From: Escherichia coli
Lineage (GTDB): Bacteria; Pseudomonadota; Gammaproteobacteria; Enterobacterales; Enterobacteriaceae
Reading direction: 5' to 3' (one strand)
NCBI RefSeq assembly: GCF_001677475.2
Contig: NZ_CP015229.1
DNA: 64,000 nt
The notes below the pieces were generated by a model. That model did not search any database and was not told the DNA's origin. It worked only from the letters and a program-made list of their open reading frames with translations. Shown here piece after piece: positions 1-13,194 of this stretch; the stretch's first letter is position 1; every line of letters starts with the position of its first letter. Made by a program: the position numbers and the translations under genes.

Positions 1-1
1 C

Positions 2-517
2 CTGGCGTCGTTACGTAACCAGGTTGCTCTGGTGTCGCAGAATGTCCATCTGTTTAACGATACGGTTGCCAACAACATTGCTTACGCACGGACTGAACAG
101 TACAGCCGTGAGCAAATTGAAGAAGCGGCGCGTATGGCCTACGCCATGGACTTCATCAATAAGATGGATAACGGTCTCGATACAGTGATTGGTGAAAACG
201 GCGTGCTGCTCTCTGGCGGTCAGCGTCAGCGTATTGCCATCGCTCGAGCCTTGTTGCGTGATAGCCCGATTCTGATTCTGGACGAAGCTACCTCGGCGCT
301 GGATACCGAATCTGAACGTGCGATTCAGGCGGCACTGGATGAGTTGCAGAAAAACCGTACCTCTCTGGTGATTGCCCACCGCTTGTCTACCATTGAAAAG
401 GCAGACGAAATCGTGGTCGTCGAGGATGGTGTCATTGTGGAACGCGGTACGCATAACGATTTGCTTGAGCACCGTGGCGTTTACGCGCAACTTCACAAAA
501 TGCAGTTTGGCCAATGA
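2..517 (+). CDS. msbA: Lipid A export ABC transporter MsbA, C-terminal ATPase domain (5' part lies upstream of window)
   Basis: Frame open from window edge; ABC signature LSGGQRQR, Walker [14 protein letters not shown]-loop AHRLST; stop overlaps lpxK start (ATGA). Confidence 0.9.
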   Translation: MASLRNQVALVSQNVHLFNDTVANNIAYARTEQYSREQIEEAARMAYAMDFINKMDNGLDTVIGENGVLLSGGQRQRIAIARALLRDSPILILDEATSALDTESERAIQAALDELQKNRTSLVIAHRLSTIEKADEIVVVEDGVIVERGTHNDLLEHRGVYAQLHKMQFGQ

Positions 518-1500
518 TCGAAAAAATCTGGTCTGGTGAATCCCCTTTGTGGCGGCTATTGCTGCCACTCTCCTGGTTGTATGGTCTGGTGAGTGGCGCG
601 ATCCGTCTTTGCTATAAACTAAAACTGAAGCGCGCCTGGCGTGCCCCCGTACCGGTTGTCGTGGTTGGTAATCTCACCGCAGGCGGCAACGGAAAAACCC
701 CGGTCGTTGTCTGGCTGGTGGAACAGTTGCAACAGCGCGGTATTCGCGTGGGGGTCGTATCGCGGGGATATGGTGGTAAGGCTGAATCTTATCCGCTGTT
801 ATTGTCGGCAGATACCACCACAGCACAGGCGGGTGATGAACCCGTGTTGATTTATCAACGCACTGGCGCGCCCGTTGCGGTTTCTCCCGTGCGTTCTGAT
901 GCGGTAAAAGCCATTCTGGCACAACACCCTGATGTGCAGATCATCGTAACCGACGACGGTTTACAGCATTACCGTCTGGTGCGTGATGTGGAAATTGTCG
1001 TTATTGATGGTGTGCGTCGCTTTGGCAATGGTTGGTGGTTGCCGGCGGGGCCAATGCGTGAGCGAGCGGGGCGCTTAAAGTCGGTTGATGCGGTAATCGT
1101 CAACGGCGGTGTCCCCCGCAGCGGTGAAATCCCCATGCATCTGCTGCCGGGTCAGGCGGTGAATTTACGTACCGGTACGCGTTGTGACGTTGCTCAGCTT
1201 GAACATGTAGTGGCGATGGCGGGGATTGGACATCCGCCGCGCTTTTTTGCCACGCTGAAGATGTGCGGCGTACAACCGGAAAAATGTGTACCGCTGGCCG
1301 ATCATCAGTCTTTGAACCATGCGGATGTCAGCGCGTTGGTAAACGCCGGGCAAACGCTGGTAATGACTGAAAAAGATGCGGTGAAATGCCGGGCCTTTGC
1401 CGAAGGAAATTGGTGGTATTTGCCTGTTGACGCACAGCTTTCAGGTGATGAACCAGCGAAACTGCTTGCGCAACTAACCTCGCTGGCTTCTGGCAACTAG
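514..1500 (+). CDS. lpxK: Tetraacyldisaccharide 4'-kinase
   Basis: 328 aa; P-loop [11 protein letters not shown]; translationally coupled to msbA; matches recalled E. coli LpxK. Confidence 0.9.
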   Translation: MIEKIWSGESPLWRLLLPLSWLYGLVSGAIRLCYKLKLKRAWRAPVPVVVVGNLTAGGNGKTPVVVWLVEQLQQRGIRVGVVSRGYGGKAESYPLLLSADTTTAQAGDEPVLIYQRTGAPVAVSPVRSDAVKAILAQHPDVQIIVTDDGLQHYRLVRDVEIVVIDGVRRFGNGWWLPAGPMRERAGRLKSVDAVIVNGGVPRSGEIPMHLLPGQAVNLRTGTRCDVAQLEHVVAMAGIGHPPRFFATLKMCGVQPEKCVPLADHQSLNHADVSALVNAGQTLVMTEKDAVKCRAFAEGNWWYLPVDAQLSGDEPAKLLAQLTSLASGN

Positions 1501-1536
1501 TTACGCCGCGGCAGCGTTCGATTGATGGAGTCATGA

Positions 1537-2769
1537 ATGTCGCTGCCGCACATCTCCCTTGCTGATGCGCGTAATCTTCACCTTGCCGCGCAAGGCCTGT
1601 TAAACAAACCCCGCCGTCGAGCATCGTTGGAGGATATTCCGGCAACGATCTCCCGCATGTCCTTGCTGCAAATCGATACCATCAATATTGTTGCCCGTAG
1701 CCCATATCTGGTGCTTTTCAGTCGTCTGGGAAATTATCCTGCGCAGTGGCTGGATGAGTCTCTGGCGCGTGGTGAATTAATGGAATACTGGGCGCATGAA
1801 CCCTGCTTTATGCCGCGTAGCGACTTTCGTCTTATTCGCCACCGCATGCTGGCACCTGAAAAAATGGGCTGGAAATACAAAAACGCCTGGATGCAGGAAC
1901 ATGCGGCGGAAATTGCACAGTTAATTCAGCATATTCATGATAAGGGGCCGGTACGTTCAGCCGATTTTGAGCATCCTCGTAAAGGTGCAAGCGGCTGGTG
2001 GGAGTGGAAGCCGCATAAACGGCATCTGGAAGGTTTATTTACAGCCGGGAAAGTGATGGTGATTGAACGGCGCAACTTCCAGCGCGTTTATGATTTAACC
2101 CATCGTGTCATGCCTGACTGGGATGATGAGCGCGATCTCGTTTCGCAAACAGAAGCAGAAATCATCATGCTGGATAACAGTGCGCGTAGCCTGGGCATAT
2201 TCCGCGAACAGTGGCTGGCAGATTACTATCGGCTGAAACGTCCGGCACTGGCGGTTTGGCGCGAAGCGAGGGCTGAACAGCAGCAAATCATTGCTGTGCA
2301 TGTTGAAAAATTGGGCAATCTTTGGCTGCATGCTGATTTGCTGCCGCTACTCGAGCGTGCGCTGGCCGGAAAGCTCACTGCAACGCACAGCGCGGTACTT
2401 TCGCCTTTTGATCCTGTTGTCTGGGATCGCAAACGCGCAGAGCAGCTTTTTGATTTTAGCTACCGGCTGGAGTGCTATACCCCAGCGCCGAAACGCCAGT
2501 ATGGCTATTTTGTTCTGCCGTTATTACATCGTGGGCAATTAGTTGGGCGAATGGATGCCAAAATGCATCGCCAGACAGGCATCCTTGAAGTTATCTCTCT
2601 GTGGTTACAAGAAGGCATTAAACCAACGACAACGCTGCAAAAAGGGTTACGTCAGGCGATTACTGATTTCGCTAACTGGCAGCAGGCAACGCGGGTGACA
2701 TTAGGACGCTGCCCGCAAGGCCTCTTTACTGATTGCCGCACCGGCTGGGAAATAGACCCCGTCGCATAA
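1537..2769 (+). CDS. ycaQ: Winged-helix DNA-binding protein YcaQ (AlkZ-like DNA glycosylase family)
   Basis: 410 aa ORF in conserved position after lpxK; recalled K-12 synteny. Confidence 0.75.
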   Translation: MSLPHISLADARNLHLAAQGLLNKPRRRASLEDIPATISRMSLLQIDTINIVARSPYLVLFSRLGNYPAQWLDESLARGELMEYWAHEPCFMPRSDFRLIRHRMLAPEKMGWKYKNAWMQEHAAEIAQLIQHIHDKGPVRSADFEHPRKGASGWWEWKPHKRHLEGLFTAGKVMVIERRNFQRVYDLTHRVMPDWDDERDLVSQTEAEIIMLDNSARSLGIFREQWLADYYRLKRPALAVWREARAEQQQIIAVHVEKLGNLWLHADLLPLLERALAGKLTATHSAVLSPFDPVVWDRKRAEQLFDFSYRLECYTPAPKRQYGYFVLPLLHRGQLVGRMDAKMHRQTGILEVISLWLQEGIKPTTTLQKGLRQAITDFANWQQATRVTLGRCPQGLFTDCRTGWEIDPVA

Positions 2770-2820
2770 ATGATTATGATAAGATTTATGCATTCATAAC
2801 CCGATCCATCTGGAGGAACT

Positions 2821-3746
<926 letters not shown>

Positions 3747-3899
3747 TTTCACTTCACGACACTCCAGCCAATTTTGGGAGGAGTGTCGTACCGTTACGAT
3801 TTTCCTCAATTTTTCTTTTCAACAATTGATCTCATTCAGGTGACATCTTTTATATTGGCGCTCATTATGAAAGCAGTAGCTTTTATGAGGGTAATCTGA

Positions 3900-4793
3900 A
3901 TGGAACAGCTGCGTGCCGAATTAAGCCATTTACTGGGCGAAAAACTCAGTCGTATTGAGTGCGTCAATGAAAAAGCGGATACGGCGTTGTGGGCTTTGTA
4001 TGACAGCCAGGGAAACCCAATGCCGTTAATGGCAAGAAGCTTTAGTACGCCCGGAAAAGCCCGACAACTGGCATGGAAAACCACCATGCTGGCAAGAAGT
4101 GGGACTGTCCGTATGCCGACTATTTATGGTGTGATGACGCATGAAGAACACCCCGGCCCCGATGTCCTGCTACTGGAGCGGATGCGTGGTGTTTCGGTGG
4201 AGGCACCAGCCCGAACACCAGAACGCTGGGAACAACTCAAAGATCAAATCGTTGAAGCCTTACTGGCCTGGCACCGTCAGGACAGTCGCGGTTGCGTCGG
4301 CGCGGTCGACAATACTCAGGAAAATTTCTGGCCCTCATGGTACCGGCAACATGTTGAAGTGCTATGGACCACGCTCAATCAGTTCAATAACACCGGTCTA
4401 ACGATGCAGGATAAGCGGATCCTGTTTCGTACTCGCGAATGTCTCCCGGCATTATTTGAAGGCTTTAACGACAATTGTGTGCTGATTCACGGTAACTTCT
4501 GTTTACGCAGCATGCTGAAAGATTCGCGCAGCGATCAGTTACTGGCGATGGTCGGGCCGGGACTAATGCTTTGGGCACCGCGAGAATACGAACTGTTCCG
4601 ACTAATGGATAATTCTCTGGCGGAAGATTTGCTCTGGAGTTACCTGCAACGCGCGCCAGTGGCGGAGTCATTCATCTGGCGGCGTTGGTTGTATGTGTTA
4701 TGGGATGAAGTTGCGCAACTGGTTAATACCGGACGATTTAGTCGGCGCAACTTCGATCTGGCATCAAAATCACTCTTGCCGTGGCTCGCCTGA
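3900..4793 (+). CDS. ycbJ: Putative phosphotransferase/kinase-like protein YcbJ
   Basis: 297 aa ORF, conserved position; 3' end overlaps convergent elyC by 24 bp. Confidence 0.7.
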   Translation: MEQLRAELSHLLGEKLSRIECVNEKADTALWALYDSQGNPMPLMARSFSTPGKARQLAWKTTMLARSGTVRMPTIYGVMTHEEHPGPDVLLLERMRGVSVEAPARTPERWEQLKDQIVEALLAWHRQDSRGCVGAVDNTQENFWPSWYRQHVEVLWTTLNQFNNTGLTMQDKRILFRTRECLPALFEGFNDNCVLIHGNFCLRSMLKDSRSDQLLAMVGPGLMLWAPREYELFRLMDNSLAEDLLWSYLQRAPVAESFIWRRWLYVLWDEVAQLVNTGRFSRRNFDLASKSLLPWLA

Positions 4794-5549
4794 CGAACCT
4801 TTTAGCCACTGCCAGATGCGGCCAAGCGTTTCATAGCCAACACGATCGCTATGCATCAACCAAACCGGAGAAGGGATTGCCCGTTCCCACGGATTAAGCG
4901 GCGAGTTGATGGCCAACTGATTCGCCGGGGCTGGCAGCGGATTTAGCCCTTCCTGCTGAAAAAAGATCATCGCCCGCGGCAGATGTGATGCGGAGGTCAC
5001 CAGCAGGAAAGGGGCGTCACCAATTGCCTGTTTCACTGCCGCAGCTTCTTCTTCGGTATCTTTTGGCAAATCCAGAGTGATAATTTGCTCGCGCGGCACG
5101 CCCAGCGATTGCGCAACTCGGGCACCTACTTCGGCTGTACTCACCGTATTGGTTTTTGCTACGCCTCCCGTGAAGATCAGTTTTGATCCCGGATTTTCGC
5201 GCCATAAGCGAATACCTTCATTCAGGCGGGGCAGACTGTTATTGATTAAATTCGAGCTTGGTGCCCACTGCGGGTTCCAGGTATAACCACCTCCGAGCAC
5301 CACGATATAGTCCACTTTTTGCGAATTATTCCATGTCGGATAGGTGCTTTCGATGGGACGCAGCAGGCGGTCGGCTACCGGTTGCAAACTCAATAACAAG
5401 AGTGCCAGCCACCCAATGCTAATAAAAATCTTCCCGGTTTTTTGAAAACGGCTAAACCACAGCAGCGCCAGGCCAGCGCCAATAATCAACAACATCAGCG
5501 GAAGTGGCAGCAACATATTGCCAATCACTTTTTTCAGTGTAAAAAGCAT
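4770..5549 (-). CDS. elyC: Envelope biogenesis factor ElyC (DUF218), N-terminal membrane anchor
   Basis: 259 aa; hydrophobic N-terminus; recalled YcbC/ElyC sequence. Confidence 0.7.
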   Translation of the reverse strand: MLFTLKKVIGNMLLPLPLMLLIIGAGLALLWFSRFQKTGKIFISIGWLALLLLSLQPVADRLLRPIESTYPTWNNSQKVDYIVVLGGGYTWNPQWAPSSNLINNSLPRLNEGIRLWRENPGSKLIFTGGVAKTNTVSTAEVGARVAQSLGVPREQIITLDLPKDTEEEAAAVKQAIGDAPFLLVTSASHLPRAMIFFQQEGLNPLPAPANQLAINSPLNPWERAIPSPVWLMHSDRVGYETLGRIWQWLKGSSGEPRQE

Positions 5550-5684
5550 CCTTTCTGGTTCCTTTTTTAACCATATAGCAAGGGATCGCCAGCGATATTA
5601 CACCAGACGGGTTCATTCTCGCCGTGGCTGTGACAAAATAGCGTCTTTATCAGAAAACGTCTTAGCCAACCGGTGGAGAAAGCA

Positions 5685-6470
5685 ATGCAGGATCGCAATT
5701 TTGATGATATTGCGGAAAAGTTTTCCCGTAACATTTACGGCACCACCAAAGGGCAGCTTCGACAGGCTATTCTGTGGCAGGATCTCGATCGCGTGCTGGC
5801 GGAAATGGGCCCGCAAAAACTGCGTGTGCTGGATGCTGGCGGTGGAGAAGGGCAGACCGCAATCAAAATGGCTGAGCGCGGGCATCAGGTCATTTTATGC
5901 GATCTTTCTGCGCAGATGATCGACCGCGCAAAACAGGCGGCAGAAGCAAAAGGTGTGAGCGACAACATGCAATTTATACATTGCGCCGCTCAGGATGTTG
6001 CTTCGCATTTGGAAACGCCCGTTGATCTGATATTGTTCCATGCGGTGCTCGAGTGGGTGGCCGATCCCCGCAGCGTATTACAGACCCTGTGGTCAGTGTT
6101 GCGTCCAGGCGGTGTGTTGTCGTTAATGTTCTACAATGCGCACGGCTTGCTGATGCATAACATGGTCGCCGGGAATTTTGATTACGTGCAGGCGGGAATG
6201 CCGAAAAAGAAAAAACGGACGCTTTCGCCAGATTATCCACGCGACCCGGCGCAGGTTTATCTGTGGCTGGAAGAAGCTGGTTGGCAAATTATGGGTAAGA
6301 CAGGCGTTCGCGTGTTTCATGATTATCTGCGCGAGAAGCACCAGCAGCGCGACTGCTATGAAGCATTACTTGAATTAGAAACGCGTTATTGCCGTCAGGA
6401 ACCGTATATTACCCTGGGGCGTTATATTCATGTCACCGCGCGCAAACCGCAGAGCAAGGATAAAGTATGA
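5685..6470 (+). CDS. cmoM: SAM-dependent methyltransferase (tRNA cmo5U methyltransferase CmoM/SmtA)
   Basis: ATG at 5685 (track ORF starts at upstream GTG 5673); SAM motif VLDAGGGEG; stop overlaps mukF start. Confidence 0.8.
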
Positions 6471-7789
6471 GTGAATTTTCCCAGACAGTCCCCGAACTGG
6501 TTGCCTGGGCCAGAAAAAATGACTTCTCCATCTCGCTGCCGGTAGACCGACTCTCTTTTCTGCTGGCGGTTGCCACGCTGAACGGCGAGCGTCTGGATGG
6601 TGAGATGAGTGAAGGCGAGCTGGTGGATGCATTCCGCCATGTGAGTGATGCGTTTGAGCAAACCAGCGAAACCATCGGCGTGCGCGCCAACAACGCGATC
6701 AACGACATGGTGCGTCAACGTCTGCTGAACCGCTTTACCAGCGAGCAGGCGGAAGGGAACGCAATTTACCGTCTGACGCCGCTCGGCATCGGCATTACTG
6801 ACTACTACATCCGTCAGCGCGAGTTTTCTACGCTGCGCCTTTCTATGCAGTTGTCGATTGTGGCGGGTGAGCTCAAACGCGCAGCAGATGCCGCCGAAGA
6901 GGGCGGTGATGAATTTCACTGGCACCGTAATGTCTATGCGCCACTGAAATATTCGGTAGCAGAAATTTTTGACAGTATCGACCTGACGCAACGTCTGATG
7001 GACGAACAGCAGCAGCAGGTGAAGGACGATATCGCCCAGTTGCTGAACAAAGACTGGCGGGCGGCGATCTCCAGCTGTGAATTGTTGCTTTCGGAAACTT
7101 CCGGAACGCTGCGTGAATTGCAGGATACGCTGGAAGCGGCAGGCGACAAATTGCAGGCTAATCTGTTGCGCATTCAGGATGCGACGATGACCCATGACGA
7201 TCTGCATTTTGTCGATCGTCTGGTGTTCGATCTGCAGAGCAAACTCGACCGTATTATCAGTTGGGGCCAGCAATCCATAGACTTGTGGATTGGCTACGAC
7301 CGCCACGTACACAAATTTATCCGTACCGCAATCGATATGGATAAAAACCGCGTCTTTGCTCAGCGGTTACGTCAGTCGGTACAAACCTATTTTGATGAGC
7401 CGTGGGCGCTAACTTATGCCAATGCCGATCGTCTGCTGGATATGCGTGACGAAGAGATGGCACTGCGCGATGAAGAAGTGACTGGAGAACTTCCTGAGGA
7501 TCTGGAGTACGAAGAGTTTAACGAGATCCGCGAACAGCTGGCGGCGATCATCGAAGAACAACTCGCCGTGTACAAAACCAGACAAGTGCCGCTGGATCTT
7601 GGTCTGGTGGTACGCGAATATCTGTCACAGTATCCGCGTGCACGTCACTTTGACGTTGCGCGCATTGTTATTGATCAGGCGGTACGTCTTGGCGTAGCGC
7701 AAGCAGATTTCACCGGACTGCCAGCGAAATGGCAGCCGATTAATGATTACGGAGCCAAGGTACAGGCGCATGTCATCGACAAATATTGA
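6467..7789 (+). CDS. mukF: Chromosome partition protein MukF (kleisin)
   Basis: 440 aa; matches recalled MukF N-terminus [18 protein letters not shown]. Confidence 0.9.
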
Positions 7790-8474
7790 ACAAGTGATGC
7801 CGGTTAAGCTGGCGCAGGCGCTGGCGAATCCGTTATTTCCGGCGCTGGATAGCGCCTTACGTTCAGGCCGCCATATTGGCCTCGACGAACTGGATAATCA
7901 TGCATTCCTGATGGATTTTCAGGAATATCTGGAAGAGTTTTACGCGCGTTATAACGTTGAGCTTATTCGTGCACCGGAAGGGTTCTTCTATTTACGCCCA
8001 CGTTCCACCACTCTTATTCCTCGTTCCGTCTTGTCGGAACTGGATATGATGGTCGGGAAAATCCTCTGTTATCTCTATCTCAGCCCGGAACGGCTGGCGA
8101 ATGAGGGGATTTTTACTCAACAGGAACTGTACGACGAACTGCTCACCCTGGCCGATGAAGCGAAACTGCTGAAACTGGTGAACAACCGTTCAACCGGTTC
8201 AGACGTTGACCGGCAGAAGTTGCAGGAGAAAGTACGTTCTTCGCTCAACCGTCTGCGTCGTTTGGGCATGGTGTGGTTTATGGGCCACGACAGCAGCAAG
8301 TTCCGCATTACCGAATCGGTGTTCCGCTTCGGAGCCGATGTGCGTGCTGGCGACGATCCCCGTGAAGCACAGCGTCGCCTGATTCGTGATGGCGAAGCAA
8401 TGCCGATTGAAAATCATCTGCAACTCAACGATGAAACCGAAGAGAGTCAGCCAGATAGCGGAGAGGAAGAATAA
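7770..8474 (+). CDS. mukE: Chromosome partition protein MukE
   Basis: ATG at 7770 (MSSTNIEQ) overlapping mukF 3' end; 234 aa. Confidence 0.85.
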
Positions 8475-11400
8475 TGATTGAACGCGGTAAATTTCGCTCA
8501 CTGACGCTGATTAACTGGAACGGTTTTTTTGCCCGAACTTTTGACCTCGATGAGCTGGTTACGACGCTCTCCGGCGGTAACGGGGCGGGTAAATCCACCA
8601 CCATGGCGGCGTTCGTTACGGCGCTGATCCCCGACCTGACCCTGCTGCATTTCCGTAACACCACGGAAGCCGGGGCCACCAGCGGTTCGCGCGATAAAGG
8701 TCTGCACGGTAAGCTGAAAGCGGGTGTCTGTTATTCGATGCTCGACACCATTAACTCGCGCCACCAGCGCGTGGTGGTCGGTGTGCGTCTGCAACAGGTT
8801 GCCGGACGCGATCGTAAAGTGGATATCAAACCGTTTGCCATTCAGGGACTGCCGATGTCGGTGCAGCCGACACAGCTGGTGACCGAAACTCTGAACGAAC
8901 GCCAGGCGCGCGTGCTGCCGCTTAACGAGCTGAAAGACAAGCTCGAGGCGATGGAAGGCGTGCAGTTTAAACAGTTCAACTCCATTACCGATTACCACTC
9001 GCTGATGTTCGATCTGGGCATCATCGCGCGTCGTCTGCGCTCCGCATCTGACCGTAGCAAATTCTATCGTCTGATCGAAGCTTCGCTGTATGGCGGGATC
9101 TCCAGTGCCATTACCCGTTCTCTGCGCGACTACCTGTTGCCGGAAAACAGCGGAGTGCGTAAAGCGTTCCAGGACATGGAAGCGGCACTGCGTGAAAATC
9201 GCATGACGCTGGAAGCGATTCGTGTCACCCAGTCGGACCGTGACCTGTTTAAGCATCTGATCAGCGAAGCCACCAACTACGTGGCGGCGGACTACATGCG
9301 TCACGCCAACGAGCGCCGTGTCCATCTCGACAAAGCCCTGGAGTTTCGTCGCGAGCTACATACTTCGCGTCAGCAACTGGCGGCTGAGCAGTACAAACAC
9401 GTCGATATGGCGCGTGAGCTGGCAGAGCACAACGGTGCCGAAGGCGATCTGGAAGCGGATTATCAGGCGGCCAGCGATCACCTGAACCTGGTGCAAACCG
9501 CACTGCGTCAGCAGGAGAAGATCGAACGCTACGAAGCGGATCTCGATGAGCTGCAGATCCGTCTGGAAGAGCAAAACGAAGTGGTGGCAGAAGCCATCGA
9601 ACGCCAGGAAGAGAATGAGGCTCGTGCGGAAGCTGCCGAACTGGAAGTGGACGAGCTGAAAAGCCAACTTGCTGACTACCAGCAGGCGCTGGACGTCCAG
9701 CAAACGCGCGCGATCCAGTATAACCAGGCGATTGCTGCGCTTAATCGTGCCAAAGAACTGTGCCATCTGCCGGACTTAACCGCCGACAGCGCCGCCGAAT
9801 GGCTGGAAACCTTCCAGGCGAAAGAGCTGGAAGCGACTGAAAAAATGCTCTCTCTTGAGCAGAAAATGAGCATGGCGCAAACCGCGCACAGCCAGTTTGA
9901 GCAGGCTTATCAGCTGGTGGTGGCAATCAACGGCCCGCTGGCGCGTAACGAGGCGTGGGATGTCGCTCGCGAACTGCTGCGCGAAGGGGTCGATCAGCGT
10001 CACCTGGCAGAGCAGGTTCAGCCGTTGCGGATGCGCTTAAGCGAACTGGAACAGCGTCTGCGCGAACAGCAAGAAGCTGAGCGTCTGCTGGCAGATTTCT
10101 GCAAACGTCAGGGCAAGAATTTTGACATTGACGAGCTGGAAGCTCTGCATCAGGAGCTGGAAGCACGCATTGCCTCTCTTTCCGATAGTGTGTCTAACGC
10201 CCGTGAAGAGCGCATGGCACTGCGCCAGGAGCAGGAACAGCTGCAGTCTCGCATTCAGAGTTTGATGCAGCGTGCACCGGTTTGGCTGGCAGCGCAAAAC
10301 AGCCTCAACCAGTTGAGCGAACAGTGCGGCGAAGAGTTCTCTTCCAGCCAGGATGTCACCGAATATCTGCAACAGTTGCTGGAGCGTGAGCGCGAAGCCA
10401 TTGTTGAACGCGATGAAGTAGGCGCGCGCAAAAACGCCGTCGATGAAGAGATCGAACGTTTAAGCCAGCCAGGTGGTTCTGAAGACCAGCGTTTGAATGC
10501 GCTGGCGGAGCGTTTTGGCGGCGTGCTGCTGTCAGAAATTTATGACGACGTTAGCCTGGAAGATGCGCCGTACTTCTCGGCGCTGTATGGCCCGTCCCGC
10601 CACGCCATCGTGGTGCCAGATCTGTCACAGGTAACCGAACACCTGGAAGGTTTGACCGATTGCCCGGAAGATCTCTATCTGATCGAAGGGGATCCGCAGT
10701 CATTCGATGACAGCGTGTTCAGCGTTGATGAGCTGGAAAAAGCGGTGGTGGTGAAAATCGCCGATCGTCAGTGGCGTTACTCACGTTTTCCGGAAGTGCC
10801 GCTGTTTGGACGCGCGGCGCGCGAAAGCCGCATCGAAAGCCTCCATGCCGAGCGTGAAGTGCTTTCCGAACGCTTCGCCACGCTCTCCTTTGATGTACAG
10901 AAAACCCAGCGTCTGCATCAGGCGTTCAGCCGCTTTATCGGCAGCCATCTGGCGGTGGCGTTTGAGTCTGATCCGGAAGCCGAAATCCGTCAACTGAACA
11001 GCCGTCGCGTCGAACTGGAGCGGGCGTTGAGTAATCATGAAAATGATAACCAGCAGCAGCGTATTCAGTTTGAGCAGGCGAAAGAGGGTGTTACGGCGCT
11101 GAACCGCATTCTGCCGCGTCTCAACCTGTTGGCTGATGATAGCCTGGCAGATCGCGTCGATGAAATCCGCGAACGTCTGGATGAAGCCCAGGAAGCCGCG
11201 CGTTTTGTTCAGCAGTTTGGCAATCAACTGGCGAAACTGGAACCGATCGTTTCGGTATTGCAGAGCGACCCGGAACAGTTCGAACAGTTAAAAGAAGATT
11301 ACGCGTACTCTCAGCAGATGCAGCGCGATGCCCGTCAGCAGGCGTTTGCCCTGACGGAAGTGGTGCAGCGTCGTGCGCACTTTAGCTACTCTGACTCGGC

Positions 11401-12934
11401 AGAAATGCTTAGCGGTAACAGCGATCTCAACGAAAAACTGCGTGAACGTCTGGAACAGGCGGAAGCGGAGCGTACCCGCGCGCGTGAAGCGTTGCGCGGA
11501 CACGCAGCGCAGTTGAGTCAGTACAACCAGGTGCTGGCTTCGCTGAAAAGTTCTTACGACACCAAAAAAGAGCTACTCAACGATCTGCAACGTGAATTGC
11601 AGGATATCGGCGTGCGTGCTGATAGCGGGGCAGAAGAGCGGGCGCGTATTCGCCGTGACGAGTTGCACGCGCAACTGAGCAATAACCGTTCACGCCGCAA
11701 TCAACTGGAAAAAGCGCTTACCTTCTGCGAAGCAGAGATGGACAACCTGACCCGCAAACTGCGCAAGCTGGAGCGGGATTACTTTGAGATGCGCGAGCAG
11801 GTAGTGACCGCGAAAGCGGGCTGGTGTGCAGTCATGCGCATGGTGAAAGATAACGGCGTTGAGCGCCGCTTACACCGTCGTGAGCTGGCTTATCTCTCCG
11901 CTGATGATTTGCGTTCCATGTCGGATAAGGCGTTAGGTGCGCTGCGTCTGGCAGTGGCAGATAACGAACATCTGCGCGATGTGCTGCGCATGTCGGAAGA
12001 TCCAAAACGTCCGGAACGTAAAATTCAGTTCTTCGTGGCGGTTTATCAGCATCTGCGTGAACGTATTCGTCAGGATATTATTCGTACCGATGATCCGGTG
12101 GAAGCTATCGAACAGATGGAGATCGAACTTAGCCGTCTGACCGAAGAGTTAACCTCCCGCGAACAGAAACTGGCGATCAGTTCCCGCAGCGTGGCGAACA
12201 TCATTCGCAAAACCATTCAACGCGAGCAGAACCGTATCCGTATGCTCAACCAGGGCTTGCAGAACGTATCGTTTGGTCAGGTGAACAGCGTGCGCCTCAA
12301 CGTGAACGTGCGTGAAACGCACGCCATGCTGCTGGATGTACTCTCTGAACAGCATGAGCAGCATCAGGATCTGTTTAACAGCAACCGTCTGACCTTCTCG
12401 GAAGCGCTGGCGAAATTGTATCAGCGTCTTAATCCGCAGATTGATATGGGGCAGCGCACGCCGCAGACCATTGGCGAAGAACTGCTGGATTACCGCAACT
12501 ATCTGGAAATGGAAGTTGAGGTTAACCGTGGTTCCGATGGCTGGCTGCGCGCAGAATCTGGCGCTCTGTCGACCGGTGAGGCGATTGGTACCGGTATGTC
12601 GATTCTGGTGATGGTGGTACAAAGCTGGGAAGATGAATCTCGCCGCCTGCGCGGTAAAGATATCTCTCCTTGCCGCCTGCTGTTCCTCGATGAAGCAGCG
12701 CGACTGGATGCTCGTTCTATCGCCACGCTGTTTGAATTGTGTGAACGTTTGCAAATGCAGCTCATCATCGCAGCGCCGGAAAATATCAGTCCGGAAAAAG
12801 GCACCACCTATAAACTGGTGCGTAAAGTCTTCCAGAATACCGAACACGTTCACGTCGTCGGCCTGCGAGGATTTGCGCCGCAACTCCCTGAAACGCTTCC
12901 AGGAAGTGACGAAGCGCCTTCCCAGGCGAGTTAA
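8474..12934 (+). CDS. mukB: Chromosome partition SMC-like ATPase MukB
   Basis: 1486 aa; Walker [10 protein letters not shown]; long coiled-coil middle; Walker B LLFLDEA at C-terminus. Confidence 0.95.
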   Translation: MIERGKFRSLTLINWNGFFARTFDLDELVTTLSGGNGAGKSTTMAAFVTALIPDLTLLHFRNTTEAGATSGSRDKGLHGKLKAGVCYSMLDTINSRHQRVVVGVRLQQVAGRDRKVDIKPFAIQGLPMSVQPTQLVTETLNERQARVLPLNELKDKLEAMEGVQFKQFNSITDYHSLMFDLGIIARRLRSASDRSKFYRLIEASLYGGISSAITRSLRDYLLPENSGVRKAFQDMEAALRENRMTLEAIRVTQSDRDLFKHLISEATNYVAADYMRHANERRVHLDKALEFRRELHTSRQQLAAEQYKHVDMARELAEHNGAEGDLEADYQAASDHLNLVQTALRQQEKIERYEADLDELQIRLEEQNEVVAEAIERQEENEARAEAAELEVDELKSQLADYQQALDVQQTRAIQYNQAIAALNRAKELCHLPDLTADSAAEWLETFQAKELEATEKMLSLEQKMSMAQTAHSQFEQAYQLVVAINGPLARNEAWDVARELLREGVDQRHLAEQVQPLRMRLSELEQRLREQQEAERLLADFCKRQGKNFDIDELEALHQELEARIASLSDSVSNAREERMALRQEQEQLQSRIQSLMQRAPVWLAAQNSLNQLSEQCGEEFSSSQDVTEYLQQLLEREREAIVERDEVGARKNAVDEEIERLSQPGGSEDQRLNALAERFGGVLLSEIYDDVSLEDAPYFSALYGPSRHAIVVPDLSQVTEHLEGLTDCPEDLYLIEGDPQSFDDSVFSVDELEKAVVVKIADRQWRYSRFPEVPLFGRAARESRIESLHAEREVLSERFATLSFDVQKTQRLHQAFSRFIGSHLAVAFESDPEAEIRQLNSRRVELERALSNHENDNQQQRIQFEQAKEGVTALNRILPRLNLLADDSLADRVDEIRERLDEAQEAARFVQQFGNQLAKLEPIVSVLQSDPEQFEQLKEDYAYSQQMQRDARQQAFALTEVVQRRAHFSYSDSAEMLSGNSDLNEKLRERLEQAEAERTRAREALRGHAAQLSQYNQVLASLKSSYDTKKELLNDLQRELQDIGVRADSGAEERARIRRDELHAQLSNNRSRRNQLEKALTFCEAEMDNLTRKLRKLERDYFEMREQVVTAKAGWCAVMRMVKDNGVERRLHRRELAYLSADDLRSMSDKALGALRLAVADNEHLRDVLRMSEDPKRPERKIQFFVAVYQHLRERIRQDIIRTDDPVEAIEQMEIELSRLTEELTSREQKLAISSRSVANIIRKTIQREQNRIRMLNQGLQNVSFGQVNSVRLNVNVRETHAMLLDVLSEQHEQHQDLFNSNRLTFSEALAKLYQRLNPQIDMGQRTPQTIGEELLDYRNYLEMEVEVNRGSDGWLRAESGALSTGEAIGTGMSILVMVVQSWEDESRRLRGKDISPCRLLFLDEAARLDARSIATLFELCERLQMQLIIAAPENISPEKGTTYKLVRKVFQNTEHVHVVGLRGFAPQLPETLPGSDEAPSQAS

Positions 12935-12937
12935 AAT

Positions 12938-12970
12938 GAAGGCGGCAGCAATGCCGCCTTTTCTTTTTCC
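12938..12970 (+). terminator. Rho-independent terminator after mukB
   Basis: Hairpin ggcggca-gcaa-tgccgcc followed by ttttcttttt. Confidence 0.7.
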
Positions 12971-13194
12971 GAAAACTCCGTTTCTGCACTAAAAAAGTGG
13001 CACATTACGGCGCGCTTTTCTTTAAACTTCTTTACATTAGGTTATGTAAAAACGTATCGGCGTTTATATACTGAAGATAAGCCTGATGAGTAACAGGCTT
13101 GCTCGTCATACTTTCGTGAGTATTGGCGTTGTACAGGCAAGTCGTAAAATAACAGCCTGGCTATTCAGAGTATGATAAAAACAGGGGGCAAGGG